Assembly (NCBI GenBank): GCA_017517275.1
Contig: JAFWZX010000015.1
Span: 12,363-76,362 of the forward strand
From: Clostridia bacterium
GTDB lineage: Bacteria; Bacillota; Clostridia; UBA1212; UBA1255
Length of the DNA stretch: 64,000 nucleotides
Reading direction: 5' to 3'
Made by a program: the position numbers and the translations under genes. Below are positions 38,890 through 49,100 of the stretch, in pieces (positions within the stretch are counted from its first letter, which is position 1; each line of letters starts with the position of its first letter). The notes under the pieces are model-generated. The model was not told where the DNA came from. It made no database searches and saw only the letters and a list, made by a program, of their open reading frames with translations.

Positions 38890-39075
38890 ATGATTTGTCC
38901 TAAGAGAAGATGGTCAAAGGCAAGAACTCGTTCAAGAAGAGCAAACTGGAAGCTTGAGGCTCCCAATTTAGTTAAGTGTCCTCATTGTCATGAGTTTAAG
39001 CTCTATCATACAGTTTGCGGTAACTGCGGATACTATCGTGGTCGCGAAGTTGTTAAGATGGAAGAAGCAAAATAA
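38890..39075 (+). CDS. rpmF: 50S ribosomal protein L32
   Basis: MICPKRRWSKARTRSRR... and the zinc ribbon CPHC...CGNCG. AGGAGG lies upstream of the ATG at 38890. Confidence 0.9.
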   Translation: MICPKRRWSKARTRSRRANWKLEAPNLVKCPHCHEFKLYHTVCGNCGYYRGREVVKMEEAK

Positions 39076-39094
39076 TTTAAATTAAATTTGTATT

Positions 39095-40450
39095 ATGAGT
39101 AATGGATTAATACGACGTGTTGAACCCGGAAGTATTGCCGAAGAAGGTGGCATACAACCGGGTGACTGTTTATTATCGGTTAACGGAACAAAGGTAAAGG
39201 ATATCTTCGACTATCGTTTTTTGATGGCCGATGATTTTGTTTTACTCGGATTACGTGATTCTTCAGGAGAGGAATACGAACTTGAGATAGAGAAGGATAC
39301 CTATGAAGATATCGGTATCGAGTTCGATAATCCTTTAATGGACAGCGACAGAAGCTGTGCAAATAAATGTATTTTTTGCTTTGTGGATCAGATGCCGGAA
39401 GGAATGAGAGATACGTTGTATTTTAAAGATGACGATACAAGACTGTCTTTTCTGACAGGAAATTACGTTACACTTACAAATACGTCCATTAAGGAATTAA
39501 ACCGTATAGTTGCATATCGAATGTCTCCTATTAATATTTCTGTACATACTACTGATCCGAAGCTTAGAGAAATGATGCTGGGTAACAGTACGGCAGGGAA
39601 TATTATGGAAAAGATCAAGGTCCTGGCAGATGGAGATATAAAAATTAATGCGCAGGTGGTTCTTTGTCCCGGAATTAACGACGGTAAATATTTAGAAAAA
39701 ACCATTGATGATTTACTTGTATATCATAATGCGGTAGAGAGTCTTTCTATTGTCCCTGTAGGTATTTCAAAATATAGAGAAGGTCTGCATCCTTTAAGAC
39801 TTTTCACACCTGCAGAATCGCTTGATATTATTCGTTTCATTCAGAATAAGCAGATTGATATTTTTCATAAAATCGGAAGATATTTTGTATATGCCGCAGA
39901 TGAATTTTACGTAAAAGCTAAGCTTCCGGTTCCCAATTATGATAAATACGACGGTTTTCCTCAGTTAGAAAACGGTGTAGGTATGGCAGCACTTCTTAAA
40001 CAGGAAATAATTGAATTTACAGAATCAGAAGAATTTGATAAGCTTTTAAAATCTAAAGGTGCGAAGCCTTTTTCTTTGCAAATGACTATTGCCACAGGCT
40101 GTGCTGCTTATGATATAATTAGCCGTATGGTAAATATAGTAAGAAGTGCCGTGGAAGACAAAGCCGGTAGATTATTAAAGAATTTCAACGTAAATGTTGT
40201 GGCGATAGAGAATAATTTCTTTGGTAATACTGTAACTGTCAGCGGGCTTGTGACGGGAGGCGACCTTATAGAACAGCTTAAGGGTCGTAATCTCGGTACG
40301 AAACTTCTTTTTACACATAATATGTTGCGTGATGGTGAGAATGTTTTTCTTGATGATGTTACTACCGAGGAGGTAAGCCGTGCTCTTGGCGTAGATGTCT
40401 TTGCAGTAGGCGACACAGGTACAGAATTCGTTGAATCAATTATTGGATAG
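39095..40450 (+). CDS. PDZ + radical-SAM + DUF512 protein
   Basis: N-terminal PDZ-like (GSIAEEGGIQPGDCLLSVNG) and CANKCIFCFVDQ. Conserved position upstream of der. Confidence 0.8.
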   Translation: MSNGLIRRVEPGSIAEEGGIQPGDCLLSVNGTKVKDIFDYRFLMADDFVLLGLRDSSGEEYELEIEKDTYEDIGIEFDNPLMDSDRSCANKCIFCFVDQMPEGMRDTLYFKDDDTRLSFLTGNYVTLTNTSIKELNRIVAYRMSPINISVHTTDPKLREMMLGNSTAGNIMEKIKVLADGDIKINAQVVLCPGINDGKYLEKTIDDLLVYHNAVESLSIVPVGISKYREGLHPLRLFTPAESLDIIRFIQNKQIDIFHKIGRYFVYAADEFYVKAKLPVPNYDKYDGFPQLENGVGMAALLKQEIIEFTESEEFDKLLKSKGAKPFSLQMTIATGCAAYDIISRMVNIVRSAVEDKAGRLLKNFNVNVVAIENNFFGNTVTVSGLVTGGDLIEQLKGRNLGTKLLFTHNMLRDGENVFLDDVTTEEVSRALGVDVFAVGDTGTEFVESIIG

Positions 40451-40466
40451 GAAATAAGGTGAGATA

Positions 40467-41792
40467 ATGAGCAGAAAGCATTTAGTAGCGATAATAGGAA
40501 GACCTAACGTAGGTAAATCATCTTTTTTTAATTACGTTACAGGAAAGCGTATTTCAATTGTTGAAGATACTCCCGGAGTGACGAGAGACAGAATATACAG
40601 TTCCGTTGAGTGGAGCGGCAGAACCTTTACTATGGTTGATACAGGCGGCCTTGAGCCTGAGGCAACTGATAATATTCTAAGACAAATGCGCAGACAGGCA
40701 GAGATTGCAACTGAGCTTGCTGACGTTATTCTCTTCATGGTAGATGCAAAAGACGGTGTTGTTGCCAGTGATAAGGATATTGCGACTTTTATGCGCAAGA
40801 CACGTAAGCCTGTCATTCTTGTGGTTAATAAAGTAGATGACTTCTTTAATCTGCCTGATGATATTTATGAATTTTATAATCTTGGACTAGGGGATTACTA
40901 TTGTATTTCTTCCGCTCACGGGTTGGGAATCGGTGAGGTTCTTGATGCAGTTTTGGAAAATCTTCCTGCAGACGATGATGATGACGAGGATGAGAACGTT
41001 ATAAAGGTAGCAGTTTGCGGTAAACCAAATGCAGGTAAATCTTCTTTGATAAATAAGATATTAGGAGAAGATCGTGTTATTGTAAGTGATGTTGCCGGAA
41101 CTACACGAGATGCTATTGATACGTACTTTACAAGAGAAGGTCAGGAGTTTTGCTTCATCGATACTGCAGGTATGCGTAAGCGTGGCAAAATAACTGATAA
41201 TATCGAAAGATACAGTATAATGAGAAGTCTTGGCGCTATCGACAGAAGCGACGTCGTTCTTATTATGATAGACGGTAAAGACGGTGTCACGGAGCAGGAT
41301 ACTAAGATTGCAGGATATGCACATAATCAGGGCAAGGCCTGCATACTTGTTGTTAATAAATGGGATATAGTTGACAAGGATTCAAATACGATGGATAAAT
41401 ACAGAATCGAAGTAAAAGAAGGCTTTAACTATATGATGTATGCTCCTGTTATGTTTATATCAGCTTTGACCGGCAGAGGAGTAACAAAGCTTGTTGATGA
41501 GATTGTGCGGATAAATAGCAACGCTTCTACAAGAGTTGGAACCGGTATGCTTAACGATATTCTCAACGAAGCGACTGCTATGGTTCAGCCTCCGTCAGAT
41601 AAGGGAAAAAGACTTAAGATTTATTATATGACCCAGGTATCTGTGAAGCCACCTGTATTTACAGTGTTTGTTAATGATGCTGATTTATTCCACTTTTCAT
41701 ATCAAAGATATATAGAGAATCAAATTAGAAAATGTATTGATTTTGAGGGAACTCCGATTGTACTTAAGATCAAAGAGCGGGATAAGGAGTAA
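40467..41792 (+). CDS. der: ribosome-associated GTPase Der/EngA
   Basis: Two G domains (GRPNVGKSSFFN and GKPNAGKSSLIN) plus a KH-like C-terminus. Confidence 0.95.
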   Translation: MSRKHLVAIIGRPNVGKSSFFNYVTGKRISIVEDTPGVTRDRIYSSVEWSGRTFTMVDTGGLEPEATDNILRQMRRQAEIATELADVILFMVDAKDGVVASDKDIATFMRKTRKPVILVVNKVDDFFNLPDDIYEFYNLGLGDYYCISSAHGLGIGEVLDAVLENLPADDDDDEDENVIKVAVCGKPNAGKSSLINKILGEDRVIVSDVAGTTRDAIDTYFTREGQEFCFIDTAGMRKRGKITDNIERYSIMRSLGAIDRSDVVLIMIDGKDGVTEQDTKIAGYAHNQGKACILVVNKWDIVDKDSNTMDKYRIEVKEGFNYMMYAPVMFISALTGRGVTKLVDEIVRINSNASTRVGTGMLNDILNEATAMVQPPSDKGKRLKIYYMTQVSVKPPVFTVFVNDADLFHFSYQRYIENQIRKCIDFEGTPIVLKIKERDKE

Positions 41793-41795
41793 CGT

Positions 41796-42419
41796 ATGTA
41801 TTATTTTTATGTAGCTTTATCAATTGTCGTAGGTTATTTGCTTGGCAGTATAAATTCTGCTGTTATTATATCGCGCTTGTTTTTTAAAGAAGATATTCGT
41901 GAGAAAGGCAGTAAAAATGCCGGACTTACAAATATGCTGAGAGTGTATGGTGCTAAAGCAGCGGCATTTACTTTTATTGGCGATTTCTGTAAAGGCATTA
42001 TTGCTGTCTGTGCAGGCTACATAATGGGTGATATGCTCTTTGCTTGCCTTGGAGGCGGTTTTGCTGTGTTGGGACACGTGTTTCCGGCTTATTTTGGATT
42101 TAAAGGAGGCAAAGGAGTTCTTACAGCTTTTTCTGTTATGATCGTCATTTGTCCTCTTCCTACTTTGGTCGCCTTGGCAATTTTTATTATTATAGTTGTT
42201 CTTACGAGATTTGTCTCGTTAGGCTCAATCTTAGCTGCGGCTTCAATTCCTTTTATAACATATTTTCTTGGTGATAAACTCTTTTCACGCGGCGGTCTGA
42301 GTCCTGTTTTTTTCCTGGCTTGTGCGCTTGCTGTGGTTATTATTGTGAAACATCATGCTAATATTGTAAGACTTGTAACCGGAAAAGAGTCAAAACTTTC
42401 ATTAAGAAAAAAACAATAA
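41796..42419 (+). CDS. plsY: glycerol-3-phosphate acyltransferase PlsY
   Basis: GSKNAGLTN and FKGGKGV motifs. Polytopic, 207 aa. Confidence 0.9.
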   Translation: MYYFYVALSIVVGYLLGSINSAVIISRLFFKEDIREKGSKNAGLTNMLRVYGAKAAAFTFIGDFCKGIIAVCAGYIMGDMLFACLGGGFAVLGHVFPAYFGFKGGKGVLTAFSVMIVICPLPTLVALAIFIIIVVLTRFVSLGSILAAASIPFITYFLGDKLFSRGGLSPVFFLACALAVVIIVKHHANIVRLVTGKESKLSLRKKQ

Positions 42420-42523
42420 GACTTTATCCGTCTGTTGCTGTTCATAAATTGTTCATACACATACCTGTGAAATAAGGTTATAATTCACAAAACCAAAAGA
42501 CAATAGTCTTAGGAGGTGTTATA

Positions 42524-44782
42524 GTGGACGAGAAGGTACATAACATTTTGATCAACAAACCGGCCTCGAAAGAGAATTTGGATCTTTTGAAAAAGTACGA
42601 GGTGTCAGATGATCCGTTTTTGTTTATAATCGTAAGTGATTTGTCTTTGAAACGCAAATACACTGAGACTCTTATTGCAGTATCAGCAAAAAGATACGTG
42701 GTAATCGATCCGAGTTATCGGGACGGGGCTCATGTGGGTGAGCTTGCAAGTATCAAATCAGCATATGTAAAGAGAATGTATGGTAATGCACAGCTTTATG
42801 TGGAGACAGAAGACTCCAAGGAAGCTATTCTTCGCTTTACCTATGCAATTGCATCGTTGTGCGAGATGGCAGCTATGTATCTTAAGCACGTAGGAAGCGG
42901 GCAGGACGTTGCTTTAGAACTTGAGGTTGTAGAAGCTACGTATGAGAAGCTTATGAATGTTTGTCCGAAATGCGGCAGAACGCTTATTCATGCCGGCGCA
43001 GAATGCATTGCCTGTAGATCAAAAACAAAGATTTTTAAAAGATTGTATAGCTATATTAAGCCGTATAAGGCCACTTTGTTATTTTGCATAGTGCTGTCTT
43101 TGGTGGGAACTGCTTTTCACCTTATACCTCCTTATGCTACAGGATTGCTTGTAGATAAGGTTTTTCCAAATAAAAACATTAAAATGCTTACGATTATCGT
43201 TGTGGCGTTGGTGTGCTCGTACATACTTGAGTATTCAATCGGTGCTTTGAGAGGATATTTACTTCGTATCTGTGGCGATAAAACAGTCAAAGCTATTCGT
43301 AATGATGTATATGAAAAAGCCCAGCATTTGCCGATGAAGTTCTATGACAAGACGTCTACCGGTTCTGTAATAAACAGAATCAGTAGCGATACAGCTACGA
43401 TTCAGGCTTTTATGTTAAGAGTTACACAGGAAGTAGTCGTTCAGTTCTTTATTTTAATCGGTATTGTAATAATAATGCTTGTGCTTAATTGGAAGCTCAC
43501 GTTGCTGTCTTTGATTCCTGTACCGGTTGTCGTTGTTGGTGCAAAGATTTTCAGTAAAAAGATTGCTCCGTTTTACAGAAGAATATGGAAGCGTTCTTCT
43601 CGTATTACTTCAGTGCTTACGGACACTATTCCAAATATTCGTGTTATTAAGTCGTTTGCCGGTGAGAAGAGGGCGGTAGATCGATTTGCAGTACAGAACG
43701 AAGACTGGTTTAGAGTAGACAGACAGGCAGGCAAGATAGCATGTACGTTCCCTTGGATTGTATCATTCTTGATTCAGTGCGGTTCTATTTTAATATGGGG
43801 TATCGGGGGCTCATGGGTTATTAATACACCTGATGCGTTCTCGGCAGGTTTGTTGGTGTCTTTTATCTCATATGTTGCTATGTTCTATGGTCCCGTTAAC
43901 TTCTTTGCTAACCTCAGCGATTCATATCAGCATGCTCTTGCATCTATCGAACGTATTTTTGATATCATTGAAGCAGAACCGGAACAGGATTTCGGCTCTG
44001 TAGAGATGAAACAAAACGTAGCCGGAAAAATTGAATTCCGCAACGTTAACTTTTCCTTTGACCGTACGAAGAAGGTGTTGTCTGATATCAACGTTGTCAT
44101 TGAACCCGGAGATATAGTCGGCATTGTAGGTACTACGGGCTCAGGTAAATCTACGTTAATCAATCTGTTGCTTAGATATTACGATAATTATGAGGGAGAG
44201 ATTCTTCTTGACGGTGTTGATATCAAGTCATATAAATTAGAAAGCTATAGGAGTCATATAGGCTATGTCCAGCAAGAACCGATGATGTTCAGTGATACGA
44301 TTTTCAATAATATTGCATACGGTAAGCCTGATGCGCACGTAGAAGAGGTTATTCACGCGGCTGAGATTGCCAATGCTCACGAATTTATTGCAAGACAACC
44401 TGATGGATACGATTCAATGCTGGGAGAAAGAGGAGTAGGTCTTTCCGGTGGTGAGAGGCAGAGAGTATCTATTGCAAGAGCCGTGCTTACAAATCCGAGT
44501 ATTCTTGTTTTTGACGAGGCTACTGCTGCCGTTGATTCTGAGACGGAGCATTTGATTCAGGATGCTATAGAGAAGCTCATAAGCGGCAGAACTACTTTGA
44601 TGATTGCTCATCGTTTGTCAACCTTGAGAAAGGCGAATAAAATAATCGTAGTTGACCAGGGTAAGATTATTGAATTTGGATCACCTGAGGAATTAATGGC
44701 TCTTAAGGGTAAATATTATAAACTGATTGAAATACAATCCATGTCAGGGAAAGGAATAGTATCATGGGAAGAAGATATCTAG
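42524..44782 (+). CDS. ABC exporter (fused TMD-NBD) with ~168-aa N-terminal cytosolic extension containing a Cys4 zinc ribbon
   Basis: GTG start after AGGAGG. Zinc ribbon CPKCG...CIAC at residues 147-164. The typical exporter core follows (IFKRLYSYIKPYK, Walker A GTTGSGKST, LSGGERQRVSIARA, ILVFDEATAAVD). Confidence 0.85.
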   Translation: MDEKVHNILINKPASKENLDLLKKYEVSDDPFLFIIVSDLSLKRKYTETLIAVSAKRYVVIDPSYRDGAHVGELASIKSAYVKRMYGNAQLYVETEDSKEAILRFTYAIASLCEMAAMYLKHVGSGQDVALELEVVEATYEKLMNVCPKCGRTLIHAGAECIACRSKTKIFKRLYSYIKPYKATLLFCIVLSLVGTAFHLIPPYATGLLVDKVFPNKNIKMLTIIVVALVCSYILEYSIGALRGYLLRICGDKTVKAIRNDVYEKAQHLPMKFYDKTSTGSVINRISSDTATIQAFMLRVTQEVVVQFFILIGIVIIMLVLNWKLTLLSLIPVPVVVVGAKIFSKKIAPFYRRIWKRSSRITSVLTDTIPNIRVIKSFAGEKRAVDRFAVQNEDWFRVDRQAGKIACTFPWIVSFLIQCGSILIWGIGGSWVINTPDAFSAGLLVSFISYVAMFYGPVNFFANLSDSYQHALASIERIFDIIEAEPEQDFGSVEMKQNVAGKIEFRNVNFSFDRTKKVLSDINVVIEPGDIVGIVGTTGSGKSTLINLLLRYYDNYEGEILLDGVDIKSYKLESYRSHIGYVQQEPMMFSDTIFNNIAYGKPDAHVEEVIHAAEIANAHEFIARQPDGYDSMLGERGVGLSGGERQRVSIARAVLTNPSILVFDEATAAVDSETEHLIQDAIEKLISGRTTLMIAHRLSTLRKANKIIVVDQGKIIEFGSPEELMALKGKYYKLIEIQSMSGKGIVSWEEDI

Positions 44783-45252
44783 ACGGCGATTCCGTAATGT
44801 TTACAAAGAAAGATTTTTGTCTTGTTGATGCAAAGCTATACGACGGTACTGTGATAGAGGATCTGGAGCCTCGAAGACTTTTCCCGGTCAGCGGCAGAAC
44901 GAAGTATATAACGCTTCTTGATTCTACAGGAAAAGAACAGGCTATTATTCGTGACGTTATGACTTTGATGCCCGAATCCAAGGACGTTATTTTAGACTGT
45001 CTTGATGAGTATTATCTAATTCCTAAGATTACTGCGCTTTTGAGTGTTTTTGATAAAAAAGGCACGTTGAAGTGGACTGTTGAGACAGATTGCGGTATCG
45101 TTGAATTTCAAATCAGGAACCGTCACACAGATATTAAAGTTCTGTACGACGGCAGGGTGTTGGTACGGGACACAAATGATAACAGATATGAAATCGTAAA
45201 CCATAATGATCTTGATAAGCATAGCAAAATGCTTCTTAATAATGAACTGTAA
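44764..45252 (+). CDS. DUF1854-like protein, overlapping the ABC gene end by 19 nt
   Basis: 162 aa with a GAAAGGA SD. LEPRRLFPVSGRTKYITLLDSTGKEQAIIRD ... NRYEI resembles the DUF1854 family as I recall it. Confidence 0.6.
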   Translation: MGRRYLDGDSVMFTKKDFCLVDAKLYDGTVIEDLEPRRLFPVSGRTKYITLLDSTGKEQAIIRDVMTLMPESKDVILDCLDEYYLIPKITALLSVFDKKGTLKWTVETDCGIVEFQIRNRHTDIKVLYDGRVLVRDTNDNRYEIVNHNDLDKHSKMLLNNEL

Positions 45253-45270
45253 TTTTTTGGAGGAATGAAT

Positions 45271-45597
45271 ATGAAATTAGTACTTGCGATTGTTAACAAT
45301 GATGATAGCGCTATTGTATCTTCTGCGCTTACTCACGAAGGGTTCTTTGTTACTAAGTTATCAACTACCGGCGGCTTCCTTATGGTAGGAAATACTACGC
45401 TTCTCATCGGAACAGAGGATGATAAGGTGGACGATATTTGTAAAGTTTTATCTAAATACTGTGCGTCAAGGAAGCAAGTTAATCCTACTTCCAACTCTTT
45501 CGGTCGCGGTTTGGAGCAGAACGGCTTACCTGAAGACGTATTGGTGGGCGGTGCTACGTATTTTGTCCTTAACGTAGAAAATTACGGTAAGATATAA
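45271..45597 (+). CDS. darA: PII-like cyclic-di-AMP receptor (DarA/PstA, DUF970)
   Basis: MKLVLAIVNNDDSAIVSSALTHEGFFVTKLSTTGGFL is characteristic of the family. Confidence 0.75.
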   Translation: MKLVLAIVNNDDSAIVSSALTHEGFFVTKLSTTGGFLMVGNTTLLIGTEDDKVDDICKVLSKYCASRKQVNPTSNSFGRGLEQNGLPEDVLVGGATYFVLNVENYGKI

Positions 45598-45608
45598 GGA
45601 GAATGTAT

Positions 45609-45869
45609 ATGGAATACGCATATAGAACAAAGGGTGTATGTTCCTCTGAAATCAGATTTGAATTAAATGGTAATATCGTTACAAACGTAAGATTCATAGG
45701 AGGATGCAACGGTAACCTCAAAGCAATTTCCAAGCTTGTAGATGGCTGGGAGGCAACGAAGATTATTTCAATTTTAGAAGGAAATTCCTGTGGAGGCAGA
45801 CCGACTTCTTGCGCAGACCAATTTGCTTGTGCCTTGAAGGCAGCTTTGGCAAAATCATCTGATTCGTAA
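45609..45869 (+). CDS. TSCPD-domain protein (TIGR03905-like)
   Basis: YRTKGVCSSEIRFEL, GGCNGNLKAIS and GNSCGGRPTSCADQ. Confidence 0.75.
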   Translation: MEYAYRTKGVCSSEIRFELNGNIVTNVRFIGGCNGNLKAISKLVDGWEATKIISILEGNSCGGRPTSCADQFACALKAALAKSSDS

Positions 45870-45904
45870 CAAATCGATTATTAGAAACGCAAGTTATTTG
45901 TATA

Positions 45905-45933
45905 TTGACTTTAAGACGGGTTTATGATATCAT
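45905..45933 (+). promoter_or_regulatory. putative promoter of the tRNA-Pro gene
   Basis: TTGACT (45905-45910), 17 nt, TATCAT (45928-45933), 11 nt before the tRNA 5' end. Confidence 0.5.
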
Positions 45934-45944
45934 ACGCCTGTTTT

Positions 45945-46018
45945 CGAGATGTGGCTCAGTTTGGTAGAGCGCTGCGTTCGGGACGCAGAAGCCGCAGGTT
46001 CAAATCCTGTCATCTCGA
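45945..46018 (+). tRNA. tRNA-Pro (anticodon CGG)
   Basis: Hand-folded cloverleaf: acceptor cgagatg/catctcg, D arm gctc/gagc, anticodon arm ctgcg-ttCGGga-cgcag, T arm gcagg-ttcaaat-cctgt. C1:G72 and A73 fit bacterial tRNA-Pro identity. No encoded CCA. Confidence 0.85.
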
Positions 46019-46029
46019 CTTAGTACAGA

Positions 46030-46064
46030 GTGTTCACGAATGTCGATTGTGAACACTTTTTTTT
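46030..46064 (+). terminator. Rho-independent terminator after tRNA-Pro
   Basis: gtgttcac (46030-46037) and gtgaacac (46049-46056) followed by tttttttt. Confidence 0.8.
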
Positions 46065-46181
46065 GTTGTTCATAGTTTTTCAAATACCGAGTCGTTATGT
46101 AAACCTTGAATATATTTCATCATTATGATAGAATTGAATCTGTATTTGTATGATTTTAAGAGAGGCAGTTGCTCGTTTTTT

Positions 46182-49100
46182 ATGTATCTGAAAAGAATAG
46201 AAATGCAGGGTTTTAAATCATTCGTGGAGAAGACCGTGCTTGAATTTGATAAAGGAATAACAGCCGTCGTAGGACCCAACGGTAGTGGTAAGAGTAATAT
46301 CTCTGATGCCGCACGGTGGGTTTTAGGTGAACAAAGTCCCAAATCTCTCAGATGCGGCAAGATGGAGGACGTGATTTTCGCCGGTACACAAAGCAGAAAA
46401 CCCGTAGGCATGTCGGAAGTCTCACTTATTATGGATAATGAGGACGGCGTTCTCAATATTGATTACAGCGAGGTCAAGATTACGAGGAAGCTCTACCGTT
46501 CCGGGGAGAGTGAATACTACATCAACGGGGCTCCGTGCAGACTTAAGGATATTCATTTATTATTTGCAGATACAGGTATTGGTAAGGATGGATATTCTAT
46601 CATAGGTCAGGGTAAGGTTGACCAGGTTTTAAACAGCAAATCTGAAGATAGACGAAGTATATTTGAAGATGCCTCGGGTATTATGAAGTACCGTATGCAA
46701 AAGCAGGAAAGTGAACGGAAATTGTCACAGACAGAGCAAAATCTCCTGCGCATCAATGATATTATTAATATGCTTAGCTCTCAGATTAAACCGTTAGAGC
46801 GTCAGTCTGTTGTAGCTAAGAAATATCTTGAGTTTAAATACGAACTCCGTGATATCGAAGTAGGTGTTCTTGCTCAGGGAACTAAAATTGCCGGTGAAAA
46901 GCTTGATAAAACTTGTGGTGATCTGGATATTTTCACTGAAGAATTAAATAAAAAAGAAAAAGAGCTTGAAGCAATAAAAAAAGATAACTACGATAAGACA
47001 GAAAAAAGCAAGTTGCTTGCCGATATGATAACGTCAGGTCGCAGCCAAAGCTTTGAATTAGAAAAAAGAAGTGACCACTTTGCAAACCAAATAAACGTTA
47101 ATAATGAGAAAATTAAGGCAGCTTTGGCCAACAAAGATAGATTGACTGCTCAAAGTATAGAAGGAATGGAGCGTACCAGATTATTTGATTTAGAGCTTGC
47201 CAAGATGGAAAATCAACGCAGCGCCCTTGATGATACTGCTGCTGAAATTGATAAGGAAATACAAAAGGTTAATTTACAGCTTCAGGAAGCTAATGGGAAT
47301 CTGAACAAAACGGGCGATTTGATCACAACTATCAAAGATGAAGTTCTTGCTCAAAGACTTCTTCTTGCACAGAGTGAAAACAACATCGATGGGGCAGAAA
47401 AGCAGATTCAGCTTATTACCCAGCGTAAATATGCTATTGATGAAGAGATAGCTGTCTTGGAATCTAATAAGACGGAAGCAGTAAAGCTTCTTGATGATAC
47501 ACAAGCAGCTTTAGATAAATGTCGCGAATCGTTAAATGAAGAGAAGCAAATTTATAAAAATTCCAATGAACGGTTAGTTACTCTCAGAAATAAAATCGAA
47601 GAGAAAAACAAACAGGCTACTGAAATATCCGGCAGGGTTCAAAGCGATAATGCCCGCCTTAAATTAATTACGGAATTAGAAGAGGGCTTTGAAGGTTATG
47701 CCAAGAGTGTTAAAGAGGTTTTGCAAATGTGCAAAACAAATACAGAGTTCGGAAAAGGTATTCACGGTGCTGTAGCGCAGATTATCACTGTTTCCGAAAA
47801 ATATGAAACAGCGATTGAAACAGCTCTTGGTCATGCTTATCAGGATATTATTACGGAAACGGAAGAGGATGCTAAGAAGGCGATAGAGTACTTAAAACAA
47901 CGTCGCTTCGGCCGCGCGACTTTTCTGCCTCTGACAGCCGTAAACGGCAGAAGTTTTGACTCTGAACAATTAACTTCCTTAAGAAGATCCCGTGGCTTTT
48001 TGGGCGTAGCCGCTCAAGTGGTGGAATATGACACATATTTTGCACCTGCCATAGAAAGCTTGCTTGGTAAGATTGCTGTATTTGATAATATTGACAATGC
48101 TTTCCAAGCTGCCCGTACTAACAGGTACTCATTTATGTGTGTAACTTTAGAAGGCGATATAATAAGAACCAGCGGCGCAGTTACAGGCGGCAGTCCGGAC
48201 AAACATACAGGAGCCGGCGCAGGTGCATTATCCAGAACGAGAGAGATTCCTGTTTTAAAAGCAAATATTGATAAGAACGTATCGACACTTCAGAAAAGTA
48301 TGGAAGATATATCTGCCTATAAGGATGAGATTGTTGAACTTGAAGCAGTTGCGAAGGATAAACTTGAGATTACACGCCGTTTAGAGCGTGAAGAATCTAT
48401 TTTAGAATCAAAGCTCGAATCGATAAAAGCAGTTCAGGACGGGGAGAAGCAAAGAAGAAGCAAGCTTGTAGACGAACTTAAAAGCAGCATTACGAACGTC
48501 ATGGAGCTACAGAACAAGAAGACAGAATATTCACATAATATACAGCTTGCATCTAAACGTATTGATGAATTAAACGGAGACCTCAAACTAAAAGAAATCG
48601 AATTCCTGCACTTTGAAGAAGCTCGCGAGAACGTAAACCAGAAGATGATACAGTTAAGACTTAAGGAAGCGGACATAAAGGCTCTTATACAGAAGCAGGA
48701 AGAAGATAAGGCTCGGTATATAAGTGAGATACGTCAGGATAAAGAGAAACTGTCTTTTTACGAAACTGAGGCAAAGAGTGCCCAGGAACTTATAGAGCAG
48801 CTCAAAGGTGAAAATTCAGAACTTGAAGGACGTATTGTCAATACGCAAAAAGAAATTGAAGCGATTAACCTGGAAATTGATAACCAAACAGAACTAAAGA
48901 CGTCTATAGATATGTCTCTTGATGGCATGTTTGACAGAATTACTGCTGTTTCAGAAGAAATTACAAAATACAATGAAACAATCAACAAGCTTAGTCACGT
49001 AAAACAGCGCCTTGAAGAGGATATTAATGGCAACATATCCAGATTATGGGAGGAGTATGAACTTACAATTGAGGACGCTTATAATATGAGTGAAATGCAC

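Noticed and set aside
40966-41000. GAT/GAC/GAG run in der
   Set aside because: It encodes an acidic linker (DDDDDEDE) between the two GTPase domains. This is a normal low-complexity feature, not a slippage-prone pseudogene signal.
46070-46456. 128-aa minus-strand ORF over the smc 5' end, and similar antisense ORFs at 50363-50797, 36138-36578, 33530-33976, 28861-29502 and 318-632
   Set aside because: All lie antisense to strongly supported genes and lack SD sequences and recognisable motifs. They are typical shadow ORFs in long CDSs.
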